Shown here: piece by piece, positions 41,647-52,265 of the stretch | Position numbering within the stretch: the first letter of the stretch is position 1 | Layout of the letters: each line of letters opens with the position of its first letter | Source: an uncultured bacterium | Lineage (GTDB): Bacteria > Planctomycetota > UBA1135 > GCA-002686595 | Assembly (NCBI GenBank): GCA_943787795.1 | Contig: CALSNU010000006.1 | Span: 480,001-544,000 of the forward strand | Length of the DNA: 64,000 bases | Direction of reading: 5' to 3' | Notes under the pieces: generated by a model | What the model was told of the DNA's origin: nothing | The model's input: only the letters and a program-made list of their open reading frames with translations | Databases searched by the model: none | Made by a program: the position numbers and the translations under genes

Positions 41647-43113
41647 ATGACGCTGACTTCGCCCTCGCCCTCCTCGCCGCCGCCCTCGCTCCAGGGCCCC
41701 ACGACCCAGGCCGCGCCCTCCGGGGCGGACGAGCCCCGGCGCCCGAAACCTCGTCTTCGCCATCGCCGACGACTGGGGCTGGCCCCACGCCGGCGCCTAC
41801 GGGGACAAGGCGGTCGCCACCCCGGCCTTCGACCGCGTGGCCCGCGAGGGGGTCCTCTTCGAACAGGCCTTCGTCTCCTCCCCGTCCTGCACCCCGAGCC
41901 GCGGCGCGATCCTCACGGGCCAACACTTCTTCCGCCTGGGCGCGGGAGCGAACCTGTGGAACGAGTGGCCCCAGGACCAGTTCGCCGAGTACCCCGCCCT
42001 CCTCGAGGCCGCGGGCTACCACGTCGGCTCCTGGCGCAAGGCGTGGGGTCCGGGCAAGGGCGCCCCGGCGGGCAAGAAGTACAAGGGCGTCGAGGCCTAC
42101 CTCGAGGCGCGGCCCGAGGGGGCGCCGCTGTGCTTCTGGTTCGGCGCCTGGGACCCCCACCGCGGCTACGAGGCCGGCAGCGGCGTGGCGGACGGGATCG
42201 CGCTCGAGGACGTGCACCTGTTCGGCCACTTCCCCGACGACCCCGTCGTGCGCTCGGACGTGGCCGACTACTACTTCGAGGTCCAGCGCTTCGACCGGGA
42301 CGTGGCGCGGCTGATGGAGCAGCTCGAGGCCATCGGCGAGCTGGACAACACCCTGCTCGTGGTCACCGGGGACCACGGCATGCCCTTCCCGCGCTGCAAG
42401 GGCAACGTCCACGACTCCGGCGCCCGCGTGCCCCTGGCGGCCCGCTGGGGGGATCGCCTCGTCGCAGGCCAGACCGTCGTGACCTCGTCTCGCTCATCGA
42501 CGTCGCCCCCACCTTCCTCGAGGCCGCCGGGCTCGAGGTGCCGAGCCAGATGACGGGCCGTAGCCTGCTGCCGCTCATGACCCGGATCGGTGAGGAGGAC
42601 TTCCTGCGCACCATGGAGTTCCGCGACCGGGTCCTGATCGGGCGCGAGCGCCATGTGCCCTGTCAGGAGGCGCCGCTGATGGAGGGCTACCCGGTGCGCG
42701 CGCTGCGCACCATGGACCACCTCCTGGTCCACAACCTCTTCCCCGACCGCTGGCCAGCGGGGACCCCCGACCACAAGAACTGCGCCACCCGCGGGTCCTG
42801 GTTCGGCGACTGCGACAACGGCCCCACCAAGCTCTTCCTCTGGGAGCACCGGGATGAGCAGGCGGTCCGCCCCTACTTCGACCTGTGCTTCGCCAAGCGT
42901 CCTGAGTTCGAGCTCTACGACCTCCGCACCGACCCCATGCAGGTCAACAACCTCGCGGACGACCCCGCGTACGGGGAGACCCTGGAGGCCCTGAAGCGAG
43001 AGCTCGCGAGCGGGCTGGAGGACGCAGGCGACCCTCGCTCCCGTGGAGAGGGCGCGGCTCTCGAGGGGCACCGCTACCTCGGCGGCGGCGGCGGCAAGTG
43101 GCCCTACCGCTGA
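41647..43113 (+). pseudogene. Sulfatase split by frameshifts (pseudogene or consensus errors)
   Basis: NLVFAIADDWG and CTPSRG in one frame; LVSLIDVAPT...ELYDL..DP in another. Indels near 41746-41748 and ~42478, and probably in the signal peptide. Confidence 0.8.
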
Positions 43114-43243
43114 CCCGGCCCGGGCCCAGCGGCCGCACCCGAGCCTGAACGGCTCGCCCAGCCCCCCCCCGGTTGGCTCGGCGGCGTTGCCGCGGGCCAG
43201 TTCTTCCGATCAGCTCTCTGCTCCCCACGGCACACTCTCCCCC

Positions 43244-44773
43244 ATGGAGACCCCCGACCACCTTCACCTCAGCCTCGCCTTCCCCGGCCTCCCCGAGCTT
43301 GGGGAGCTCGCGAAGGACTTCGCCAGCCACGCCCTGCGCCTCGCCGACTTCGAGGGGGATCAGCTGGAACGCCTACGGGCGGCCTTCCTCTCTAGCCTCG
43401 CCCTGATCGAGGACACGCTCGCGCGTGAGGGGGACCCCGTCGTGGACATCGAGGTCCACGCGATCATCGACGCCGTCGCCCTGGAGTTTCAGATCCTCGA
43501 GCACGGCATCCCCCTCGGCGACGGCACCGGAGCGGAGGGGGGCGCCCCCGAAGCGGGCGGTGACATCGCGGACCGCGTCCGCCCGGTCCCCGCCTTCGAC
43601 CGGCTCTGGTGGACGCAGAGGGGCGCCGAGGGGTCCGAGCTGCACCTCCGCGTTCACCGTCCCCACGCCGCGATCGATGTGCTGGAGGCGGTCCAGCACC
43701 GACTCGAGGAGGAGCACGCCGAGCACACCGACCTGGATCGTTCGGAGCAGACGGGCGAGTACCGCATCCGGGGCTACCGACCCGAGGACGGCCTCGAGGT
43801 CGCCCGGCGCATCTACGAGGCCTACGGGAGGTCCTACGCCAACCCCGACCTCTATGTCCCGGACCGCATCGAGGAGCTCAACCGCGGCGGCCAGCTCCAC
43901 TCGATCGTCTGCGAGTCTCCCGACGGCGACATCGTCGGGCACTACGCCCTCGAGCGCCCCGACCTTGGACCCACGGGGGAGGCGGGGCAGGCGGTCATCG
44001 ACCACCGGCACCGGGGCCACGGGCTGATGAAGCCCATGCGCGCCGCGGTGGAGAAGGCGGGCGAAGAGCTCGGGCTGCTCGGGGTCTGGAGCCAGCCCAC
44101 GGCCATGCACCCCCTGAGCCAGCGCATGAACATCAAGTTCGGCTCGGTCCCCACCGCCGTCCAGCTCGGCCTCATCCCGGGCAGCATGAGCCTCCGTGGC
44201 GGCGTCGCCGGGGAGTCCGCCGACCACGACAAGGGCGGGCGCGGCTCGACCTTCCTCTACTGGCACCCGTTCGGGGACGAGCCCGCCCTGGCCGCCCACG
44301 CACCGGAGGCACTCCACCCGCTCCTCGCCGACCTGTACGAGGCCCGCGGGCGGCAGGTCGACTTCGGTGGGAAGGGCCCCGGCCCGACGCCGGGGAGCGG
44401 CGAGGCCGTGCACTGCCGGTACTCCGGCGCGCTCGGCACCGCGTGGGTGGTGGCGGACCGCATCGAGGCCGGCGCGGAACACACCATCCGCACCACCGTT
44501 GACGCCATGGCGTCCGGCGCGGGCGCGGGGACGGTCTACGTGGACCTGCCCCTGGACGACGCCGGCACGCCGGCCGTCGCGGAGGCCCTGCTCGCCTCTG
44601 GCTTCCAGATCGCCGGCATCGCCCCCCGCTGCATCCCCCGGACTGACGGCCGCATCGCCGAGGACGCGCTGCGCCTCGCGGTCCATCCCGTCTCGGTCGA
44701 CCTCCCCGGCGTCGTCGCTGAGGGCCCCCTCGGCCAGCGCCTCCTCGCCCTCGCCACAGGCGCGGGAGCCTGA
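43244..44773 (+). CDS. Fusion of a degenerate HATPase/anti-sigma-like domain and a GNAT acetyltransferase
   Basis: N-terminal RsbW-like layout (..LEFQILEHGIP..FDRLWW..G.EG.ELHL); GNAT motif A VIDHRHRGHGLM. Confidence 0.65.
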   Translation: METPDHLHLSLAFPGLPELGELAKDFASHALRLADFEGDQLERLRAAFLSSLALIEDTLAREGDPVVDIEVHAIIDAVALEFQILEHGIPLGDGTGAEGGAPEAGGDIADRVRPVPAFDRLWWTQRGAEGSELHLRVHRPHAAIDVLEAVQHRLEEEHAEHTDLDRSEQTGEYRIRGYRPEDGLEVARRIYEAYGRSYANPDLYVPDRIEELNRGGQLHSIVCESPDGDIVGHYALERPDLGPTGEAGQAVIDHRHRGHGLMKPMRAAVEKAGEELGLLGVWSQPTAMHPLSQRMNIKFGSVPTAVQLGLIPGSMSLRGGVAGESADHDKGGRGSTFLYWHPFGDEPALAAHAPEALHPLLADLYEARGRQVDFGGKGPGPTPGSGEAVHCRYSGALGTAWVVADRIEAGAEHTIRTTVDAMASGAGAGTVYVDLPLDDAGTPAVAEALLASGFQIAGIAPRCIPRTDGRIAEDALRLAVHPVSVDLPGVVAEGPLGQRLLALATGAGA

Positions 44774-44876
44774 CGTCCACGAGCTGCGCTGACCCGCGTT
44801 GAGCTCAGCGGCCCACCGGGGCCGCCCAGGGCACGCCCCCCCCCTGGAGAGCTCGACCCCGCTCGAGAGCGGCCGG

Positions 44877-46022
44877 CTAGACCGGCTGCATTCGAACGGA
44901 CGGGAGCTTCGAGGCGGCCCACCTGGCCCCGATGATGTTGGTGGCCATCGGCCCCAGACGAAGGCGAGCGAGAGGTCCGCACACATGGACTCCTCGGCCC
45001 CAGTGCATGTCGCTGTCCAGCCGCGGGATGCCGTTGATGATCGGCAGGCCGAGACGCTCGGCGGAGGTCCGCAACCAGCCCGTGACCGTCTCGCGCTGGA
45101 GCCCGGTGGCCAAGGTCAGCCCGGAGGATTCCACGACTCGCCCACCCCCGCGGAGCACGAGGTGCTCCTTGGCCGCGTCCCACTCGACGGACGGTGCCTC
45201 GAGCTGTAGCTCGATGGAGCCGCGCCGGACGGCCCGGGCGAGCCGCGACGCCAGGCCGGAGGGCACGCTCCCCCCGACCGCATGGCGGTGGAGGAAGTTC
45301 AGCCGCTCGGAGACCTGGAGGTCCACCCACCTCCCGACGAAGCGGTGCTTCGCCCAGGACCGGTCGACGTCAAAGTCCGCCACGCGGACCGGCCGACGCA
45401 TCCAGAGGCGCACGGTCTGCCCCGTGGAGCGCTGGACCATCAGGGCGCGCTGGACCGCCGAAATGCCCCCACCCAGGATGTCATGGTCCAGCTGTGCGCC
45501 GGGGCCGAAGGCGTGGTGGATCGGCGCCCCCTCCCGCTGAAGCCGGCGCGCCCACGGGGGCGTGCGAGGCACGTTGGAGCCTGTCGCGATCAGGACGCGC
45601 CGCGCGGCGATCTCCACCCCCTGCCCTTGCACCAGGAGGTGATCGCGCTCGGTCCGGATCGAATCCACTCGCCCCGGGATGACCGCCTCATCGAGGCGGT
45701 GCCGGGCTACGAGCGCCCGGGAGTGCCGCAGGAACGCGTCGTAGGTTGGCCTCCGAAACGTCCCGGCGAGCTCCGCGACCTCCGCGTTCTCGCGGAGGTG
45801 CAGGAACTGATGGAGGCTCCCCGGTTGGGCGTCGAGGTGATGGCCCACGGGGGAGCGCATCCACGTCATCCCCACGGCGCTGGCTCTGGACCCCCATCGG
45901 TGCAGCAGCCGGCCGGAGGGCTCGATGATACGAATCGACGCGCCCTGGGCATGGAGCGCCTGACCGGCGCAGACCCCGTGGGGCCCGCCGCCGACGATCA
46001 CCCAGTCATGGGGTTCTCTCAC
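44877..46022 (-). CDS. FAD/NAD(P)-binding oxidoreductase
   Basis: WVIVGGGPHG, MRSPVGHHLD, LIATG, ILGGGISA, LATG, GPLARLRLGPMATNIIGAR. Confidence 0.8.
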   Translation of the reverse strand: MREPHDWVIVGGGPHGVCAGQALHAQGASIRIIEPSGRLLHRWGSRASAVGMTWMRSPVGHHLDAQPGSLHQFLHLRENAEVAELAGTFRRPTYDAFLRHSRALVARHRLDEAVIPGRVDSIRTERDHLLVQGQGVEIAARRVLIATGSNVPRTPPWARRLQREGAPIHHAFGPGAQLDHDILGGGISAVQRALMVQRSTGQTVRLWMRRPVRVADFDVDRSWAKHRFVGRWVDLQVSERLNFLHRHAVGGSVPSGLASRLARAVRRGSIELQLEAPSVEWDAAKEHLVLRGGGRVVESSGLTLATGLQRETVTGWLRTSAERLGLPIINGIPRLDSDMHWGRGVHVCGPLARLRLGPMATNIIGARWAASKLPSVRMQPV

Positions 46023-46421
46023 GCCCTCATGGCGTTCGGGTACGCGGCCGTGGAGACCCGGCGCCGGGTCGTCAGCATCGAGCGCCACGTGGTTGGCGTC
46101 TGGCACCGAGTGGTTGAGATCGGGCACCTGGTCACGCACCTGCCGCGCCCCCCCGGGCCGTCCAGGAGATTGGACCACCGCTGGGCATCGCGGCGCCGGC
46201 GCACGTCTTGCGAAGGGCCTTCATTCCACGGGCCCAATGCCAGCCCCGGGCTCCAGGTTCCCGCGACCTGTTCGATTCTCCCGGAGCCGCCAGCCCACGC
46301 ACAAGGGGCAGCGTGAGCCAAGGGACCCGCTTGGGCGGATGAACGCAGGACCTCTCGGCGGTCCGGCAGGATCTTTGCCCACATGCGGGAACTGCCCCTG
46401 GCCCGGCGGCATCTGGCAGGT

Positions 46422-47654
46422 ATGGCTCATCTCCCCGTCACCGTGCTCTCAGGCTTCCTCGGCTCAGGTAAGACCACCCTCCTCGCCCACATGCTGGCCA
46501 ACCGCGAGGGCCGCCGCGTCGCGGTGCTCGTCAACGAGATGAGTGAGAAGGGTCTCGATGGGGAGCTGCTCGTCGCCGCGCGGGACGCTGGGATCGAGGT
46601 CCTCCAGAGCGAGGAGCGCCTGATCGAGCTCTCCAACGGCTGCATCTGCTGCACGCTGCGCGAGGACCTCCTCGAGGAGGTCGGGCGGATCGCCGACGAC
46701 GGCGCCTATGACGCCTTGGTGATCGAGTCCACCGGCATCTCCGAGCCGCTCCCGGTGGCCCAGACGCTCTCCCTCGACCACGAGGATGTGCCCTCGGTCT
46801 CCGACCGCGTCGCCGTGGACGCCATGGTCACCGTCGTGGATGCGTCGAGGGTGCTCACGGAGATGAGCGGAGAGGATGACATCGTGGACCGGGGCTGGGC
46901 CGACGACGAGGAGGACCGCCGCCCCGTGGCACAGCTCATGGCCGAGCAGATCGAGTTCGCGACGATCATCGTCGTGAACAAGACCGACCTCGTGGATGAG
47001 GACGGCCTCGCCCGCGTCGAGGCGCTCATCGCGGACCTCAACCCCTCCGCCCAGCTCCTGCGCGCGGAGTATGGCCGCCTCCCGCTCGATCAGCTCCTGG
47101 AGACCCGGAGCTTCGACCTCGAGGCCGCGCAGGCAGCCCCCGGCTGGGTTCAGGCCCTCGCGGAGGACCACACACCGGAGAGTGAGGCCTTCGGCTTCGG
47201 CTCGTTTGTCTTCCGCGCTCGACGCCCCTTTCACCCGGTCCGCTTCATGGACTTCCTCCAGTCCCCGCTCATGCGGCAGGTGCTGCGCTCCAAGGGCTTC
47301 ATCTGGGTCGCGACGCGGCCGCGGGAGAAGGCCCTCGTCCAGAGCGCCGGCCAGCAGGCGACCTTCCAGCCGGCGGGCACCTGGTGGGCGCTCGTGCCAG
47401 AGGAAGAGTGGCCGACCGACCCCGACTCACGCCGACACATCGAGGCGGTCTGGGACGAGGACTTCGGTGACATGCGCCAGGAGCTGGTGCTGATCGGCGT
47501 GAGGCTCCCGCGCGAGGAGATCGAGGAGGCGCTGGAGGCAGCGCTCCTCACCCCAGGCGAGATGGAGGGCGGGCTGGACGAGTGGCTCACCCTCGAGGAC
47601 CCGCTCCCCCGCTGGGAAGAGGCCGAGGTCCACCAGCACGCGGGTACCCCCTGA
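46422..47654 (+). CDS. COG0523 (CobW/ZigA/YciC-like) metallochaperone GTPase
   Basis: [54 protein letters not shown]. Confidence 0.95.
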   Translation: MAHLPVTVLSGFLGSGKTTLLAHMLANREGRRVAVLVNEMSEKGLDGELLVAARDAGIEVLQSEERLIELSNGCICCTLREDLLEEVGRIADDGAYDALVIESTGISEPLPVAQTLSLDHEDVPSVSDRVAVDAMVTVVDASRVLTEMSGEDDIVDRGWADDEEDRRPVAQLMAEQIEFATIIVVNKTDLVDEDGLARVEALIADLNPSAQLLRAEYGRLPLDQLLETRSFDLEAAQAAPGWVQALAEDHTPESEAFGFGSFVFRARRPFHPVRFMDFLQSPLMRQVLRSKGFIWVATRPREKALVQSAGQQATFQPAGTWWALVPEEEWPTDPDSRRHIEAVWDEDFGDMRQELVLIGVRLPREEIEEALEAALLTPGEMEGGLDEWLTLEDPLPRWEEAEVHQHAGTP

Positions 47655-47728
47655 GGCACCTGGCCCACGCGGCCCACCTGGCCCACCTGGCGCACCCGGC
47701 GCACCCGGCGCACCCCGGCGCACCCGGC
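47655..47728. repeat. 9-bp drifting tandem array x8 starting right after the GTPase stop
   Basis: ggcacctgg / cccacgcgg / cccacctgg x2 / cgcacccgg-like x4. Confidence 0.85.
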
Positions 47729-47838
47729 GACACATTCTCGACGCACTCCCCACGCGCGGCCCATTCGGCCACCGGTTCCCACGGCCCGGCCGAGGGTCAC
47801 GGATCCGTGGAGATTGAGGGCCTAGAGGAGCCGGCGAA

Positions 47839-47903
47839 GCTCCTCTGCGGGTTCCTCTGCGGGCTCCTCTGCGGGCTCCTCTGCGGGCTCCTCTGCGGGC
47901 TCC
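47839..47903. repeat. 12-bp tandem array x5.4
   Basis: gctcctctgcgg repeats. Confidence 0.95.
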
Positions 47904-48132
47904 GAGAGCTCGGGCTCGTCCGTCCGCCCGCGAGCTGACGGTCTCCTGACCCGGCCTCGTGTCACACCCTGAGGCTGCGGCTCCGCGGCGGCGCCACGTC
48001 GCCGGGCCGGCGAAAGTTTTGGGGGAGCGCCCTGCCCCTGCCCGGCGGCACTCGACGACCCTGGGCCTGCCAAACCCCGAGGTCGCCCAGCACAGGGCCG
48101 GCCGAGCTTCCCACTTCCGCGCTGCAGTCCCC

Positions 48133-51100
48133 ATGAACTCTCGACTCTCCCCCTCGGTCGCCCCCCACGGGTGGCTCGCCATCACCGCCCTCAGCCTCCT
48201 CGGCGCCGCCTCCGCCGCGCCGCAAGGCGCAGGCCAGGCAGGCATGCTGCGCTACCCGGACGTCAGCGACACGAGCATCGTGTTCGTGTACGCCAATGAC
48301 CTCTGGCTGGTACCGCGGGCGGGCGGAACCGCCCTGCCCCTGGCGAGCCCTCCCGGCGCCGAGCGCAGCCCGCGCTTCAGCCCGGACGGCCAGCAGGTCG
48401 CGTTCAGCGGCAACTACGACGGGGACAGCGACCTCTACACGATCTCGACGGAGGGCGGCCTGCCCTTCCGCGTGACCCACCATCCCGGCGGCGACATGTT
48501 CAGCGACTGGACGGCCGACGGTCGGCTGATCTTCTCGACCTCGGCCTTCTCGGGCCAGCGGCGCGCGCCGCGTATGTTCACCGTCCCGAGCACAGGCGGG
48601 CTCCCGGTGCAGGTCTCGGTGCCCTACGGGCTGAACGGCACGATCCACGAGGACGGCAAGCTGCTGGCGTACACGCCCAACGCCCGGGATGGCCGCAACT
48701 GGAAGCGCTACGTCGGCGGGACCGCCAGCGACATCTGGCTCTTCAACCTCGAAGACCGGAGCTCGCAGCGCGTGACCGAGTGGGAGGGCACGGACAGCTT
48801 CCCCATGTGGCACGGGGACGACCTCTACTACGTCTCGGACCGCGGGCCCGCCCATCGCCTGAACGTCTGGAAGTATGACGTGGCCGCGGGCGAGCACTCC
48901 CAGGTCACGACCTTCACTGAATTCGACGTCAAGTGGCCCGCGATTGGCCCCGGCGATCAGGGCCAGGGAGAGATCGTCTTCCAGAACAACTCGGGGCTGT
49001 TCCTCGTCGACCTGGGCACGCAGGCCACCCGCCCCGTCAACGTGAAGATCCCCGGCGCCATCGAGACGGCGCGGCCCCGCACCGTGGACGTCTCGGACGC
49101 CATCTCGGTCAGCCGCATCTCCAGCACCGGCAAGCGCGCCGTGGTGGCGTCGCGCGGTGACATCTGGACGCTGCCGGCTGAGCAAGGCAAGGCGCGCAAC
49201 CTGACGGCGACCAGCGGAGTCGCCGAGCGTGACCCGTCCTGGAGCCCGGACGGACGCTGGATCGCCTACTTCTCGGACGAGACGGGCGAGTACGAGCTGT
49301 TCGTGAAGCAGTCCGACGGGCGCGGCGAGACGAAGCAGCTCACGGAGGGTACGGAGGGCTTCAAGTACGACCCGACCTGGTCCCCGAACTCCGAGAAGGT
49401 CGCGTTCAGCGACCGCTCGGGCACGATCTACGTGCACGACATCGCAGCCGGCACCACCAAGGCGATCGACCAGAATGAGGCCGCGGAGTGGGGCGTCCCC
49501 GTGAACTGGTCCCACGACAGCCGCTGGCTCACCTACACCAACCTCGCCGACGAGAGCTCGCGGACCAACGTCGTGATCTTCGACACAGTCGCGGACAAGA
49601 AGCACGTCGTCACGAGCTCCATGTTCCAGGACAGCAGCCCGACCTTCGACCGCGAGGGGGACTTCCTGTACTTCGGCAGCGTCCGCGACTTCAGCGGCCA
49701 GCGCGGGTCGATGATCGACTCGAACTACATCTACGACGACGGCGAGGTGCTCCTGGCTGTCCCCCTGCGCGGGGACGTCGAGTTCCCCTGGACCCCGAAG
49801 AGCGACGAGGAGTCCTGGGGCGACGGAGACGAGGGTGACGACACGCCCGAAGAGGACGCCGAAGGCGAGGAGGAGCGTGAGGGCACGCCCGCGGCGGACG
49901 ACGGCGTCAGCGGGAGCTACTCCGGCACGCTCACGATGGCGGGCCAGCCCGAGATGCCCATCTCCGCGAGCCTGAGCCTCGACGGCACCCGCCTCAGCGG
50001 CTCGGCGACCTCCCCCCTCGGGAACGCCGAGGTCAGCGGCGACCTGGACCCTGAGACCGGAGCCTGCAGCGGGAGTCTCGCCCTGGACTCGGGCGGAGAG
50101 GCCCAGTTCGATGGGTCGATCAAGGACGGCGCCCTCGAGTGGACCGTCTCCACGAACGAGGGCGACATCACGGTCGTGGCCGAGCGCTCAAGCCCGGCCT
50201 CCGGCGAAGGGCGCGACGACGAGGACACCGACAAGGACACCGACGAGGAGGACGACAAGGACGCCCCAGAGACCGTCGAGATCGACTTCGAGGGCTTCGA
50301 GCACCGCGCGCTCCAGCTCCCCGTGGCCTCGGGCAACTTCGCGAGCCTCTCGGTGAACCACAAGGGGCACCTGCTCTACGTCCGCCGCGGCTCAGGCATC
50401 AAAGCCTACGACCTGCACGGGGACGACCAGGCGGAGAAGAGCGTCACCGCCGGCGGCGACTTCAGCCTGTCCGCAGACGGCAAGCAGCTCCTCGTGGGGC
50501 GCGGCAACGATCCTGCCATCGGCAAGGCCGGCGAGGGCAGCTCGCCCAAGAGCGTCAAGAAGGACGGCATGGAGGCCCGCATCGACCCGCGCCAGGAGTG
50601 GCCCCAGGTCTACCGCGACGCGTGGCGCTTCTTCCGCGACTACTTCTACGCCGCCAACATGCATGGCGTGGACTGGCCTGCGGTCTACGAGCAGTACCTG
50701 CCCATGATCGCCTACTGCGCGAACCGCGAGGACGTGGACTACGTGATGCGCGAGCTCGTCGCCGAGCTCAACGTGGGGCACGCCTACGTCCGCGGGGGTC
50801 CGATGGAACGGGGCCCGCGCGTCGGCGTGGGGCTCTTGGGCTGTGACTACACCCTGGAGAACGGCGCCTACCGCATCGCGCACATCGTCGAGGGCGGCGT
50901 CTGGGACTCGGATGCCCGCGGCCCCCTCAGCATGCCGGGCGTCGACGTGCGCGAGGGGGACTACCTCCTCGCCGTGGATGGGGTCCCCATGGACACGGGC
51001 AAGGACCCCTGGGCCGCCTTCCTCGGGAAGGGTGGCGAGGCCGTCGAGCTGACGGTGAGCGCCGCCCCCACCATGGACGACACGGCGCGCAAGGTGATGG

Positions 51101-51813
51101 TCAAGGCGCTCTCCTCGGAGCGCGGCCTGCGCTATCGCGAGTGGATCGAGGGCAACCGCCAGATGGTCGAGGAGCTCTCCGGTGGCCGCGTGGGCTACGT
51201 CTACGTGCCCGACACCGGCCAGAACGGTCGCAACAACCTGTTCCGCCAGCTGTACGGCCAGTCCCACCTGGACGCGCTCATCATCGACGAGCGCTGGAAC
51301 GGCGGCGGGCAGTTCCCCAACCGGGAGATCGAGGCCCTCGACCGTCCGCGTACGAACTACTGGGGCCGCCGCTGGGGCCGCTCGATGGCGACGCCCAACG
51401 ACTCCCACCAGGGCCCCAAGTGCATGCTCATCAACCGCGACGCGGGCTCGGGGGGAGACATGTTCCCGTACCTGTTCCGGCAGGCGGGGCTCGGCAAGCT
51501 GATCGGCACGCGGACCTGGGGCGGCCTGGTCGGGTACTCCGGGAGCCCGCAGCTCATCGACGGCGGCACCCTCGCCGTGCCGTCCTTCGGGTTCTTTGAG
51601 CTCGACGGTACCTGGGGCGTGGAGGGCCACGGCGTCGCCCCTGACATCGAGGTCATGGACGACCCGGCCCTGATGCAAGACGGCGCCGACCCGCAGATCC
51701 AGGCCGCCGTGCAGCAGATGCTCAAGGAGCTGGAGACCGGCGCGTACCAGGCACCGACCCGCCCCGCGGACCCGAACCGGACCGGCATGGGACTGCCCGA
51801 GTCAGAGCGCTAG
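48133..51813 (+). CDS. Tricorn protease homolog (S41 peptidase; PD40 propellers and PDZ)
   Basis: MLRYPD, FSPDG repeats, ELNVGHAY, IIDERWNGGG, AGSGGD, GTRTWGGLVG, EGHGVAPDI. Confidence 0.95.
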   Translation: MNSRLSPSVAPHGWLAITALSLLGAASAAPQGAGQAGMLRYPDVSDTSIVFVYANDLWLVPRAGGTALPLASPPGAERSPRFSPDGQQVAFSGNYDGDSDLYTISTEGGLPFRVTHHPGGDMFSDWTADGRLIFSTSAFSGQRRAPRMFTVPSTGGLPVQVSVPYGLNGTIHEDGKLLAYTPNARDGRNWKRYVGGTASDIWLFNLEDRSSQRVTEWEGTDSFPMWHGDDLYYVSDRGPAHRLNVWKYDVAAGEHSQVTTFTEFDVKWPAIGPGDQGQGEIVFQNNSGLFLVDLGTQATRPVNVKIPGAIETARPRTVDVSDAISVSRISSTGKRAVVASRGDIWTLPAEQGKARNLTATSGVAERDPSWSPDGRWIAYFSDETGEYELFVKQSDGRGETKQLTEGTEGFKYDPTWSPNSEKVAFSDRSGTIYVHDIAAGTTKAIDQNEAAEWGVPVNWSHDSRWLTYTNLADESSRTNVVIFDTVADKKHVVTSSMFQDSSPTFDREGDFLYFGSVRDFSGQRGSMIDSNYIYDDGEVLLAVPLRGDVEFPWTPKSDEESWGDGDEGDDTPEEDAEGEEEREGTPAADDGVSGSYSGTLTMAGQPEMPISASLSLDGTRLSGSATSPLGNAEVSGDLDPETGACSGSLALDSGGEAQFDGSIKDGALEWTVSTNEGDITVVAERSSPASGEGRDDEDTDKDTDEEDDKDAPETVEIDFEGFEHRALQLPVASGNFASLSVNHKGHLLYVRRGSGIKAYDLHGDDQAEKSVTAGGDFSLSADGKQLLVGRGNDPAIGKAGEGSSPKSVKKDGMEARIDPRQEWPQVYRDAWRFFRDYFYAANMHGVDWPAVYEQYLPMIAYCANREDVDYVMRELVAELNVGHAYVRGGPMERGPRVGVGLLGCDYTLENGAYRIAHIVEGGVWDSDARGPLSMPGVDVREGDYLLAVDGVPMDTGKDPWAAFLGKGGEAVELTVSAAPTMDDTARKVMVKALSSERGLRYREWIEGNRQMVEELSGGRVGYVYVPDTGQNGRNNLFRQLYGQSHLDALIIDERWNGGGQFPNREIEALDRPRTNYWGRRWGRSMATPNDSHQGPKCMLINRDAGSGGDMFPYLFRQAGLGKLIGTRTWGGLVGYSGSPQLIDGGTLAVPSFGFFELDGTWGVEGHGVAPDIEVMDDPALMQDGADPQIQAAVQQMLKELETGAYQAPTRPADPNRTGMGLPESER

Positions 51814-52204
51814 GCCCGAACCGAGGGGGCGTCGCCGGCCGGTGCTTCGTCGATGAGGAGCCTCGACCGAGAATCTCATCGATGAGAAGCGTCGACCAAG
51901 GGCCTCGCCGAGGACCGTCGAGGCACCCACCGCCCCACCACCACGGCGGCTCCCCCCACCTTGACCCTCCGGCCACCGCGAAGCCAAGCGGCCAGGGTCG
52001 GAGCGAGCCTGTGGCGCCACCCATGGCGCCACGGGCAGGATCGGCTCGGGAAGGGCCGGCTCGGGAACCCGGCGTCCCGCTCCCGGGCGCCAGGCTCCGT
52101 GCCCGCGCCCGGCGAGGGACACCCCGCATCATGAACGGGTGCGCCAGCGTGACGCGCCGCCCATGCGAGGCGTGAGGCACGCCATCGCACGAGCAGCGGG
52201 GCGA

Positions 52205-52265
52205 GGCTCAGAGAAGGGCCGGTTCCGAGGAAGGCCAGCTCAGAGGAAGGCCGGCTCAGAGGAAG
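52205..52265. repeat. 16-bp tandem array x3.8 overlapping the stop of the 52256 gene
   Basis: ggctcagagaagggcc / ggttccgaggaaggcc / agctcagaggaaggcc / ggctcagaggaag. Confidence 0.85.

Noticed and set aside
41740..41752. Programmed frameshift in the sulfatase
   Set aside because: Several scattered indels in two neighbouring genes, with no canonical slippery heptamer, point to error or decay.
46023..46421. Zur/Fur box upstream of the COG0523 gene
   Set aside because: No AT-rich palindrome resembling known boxes was visible.
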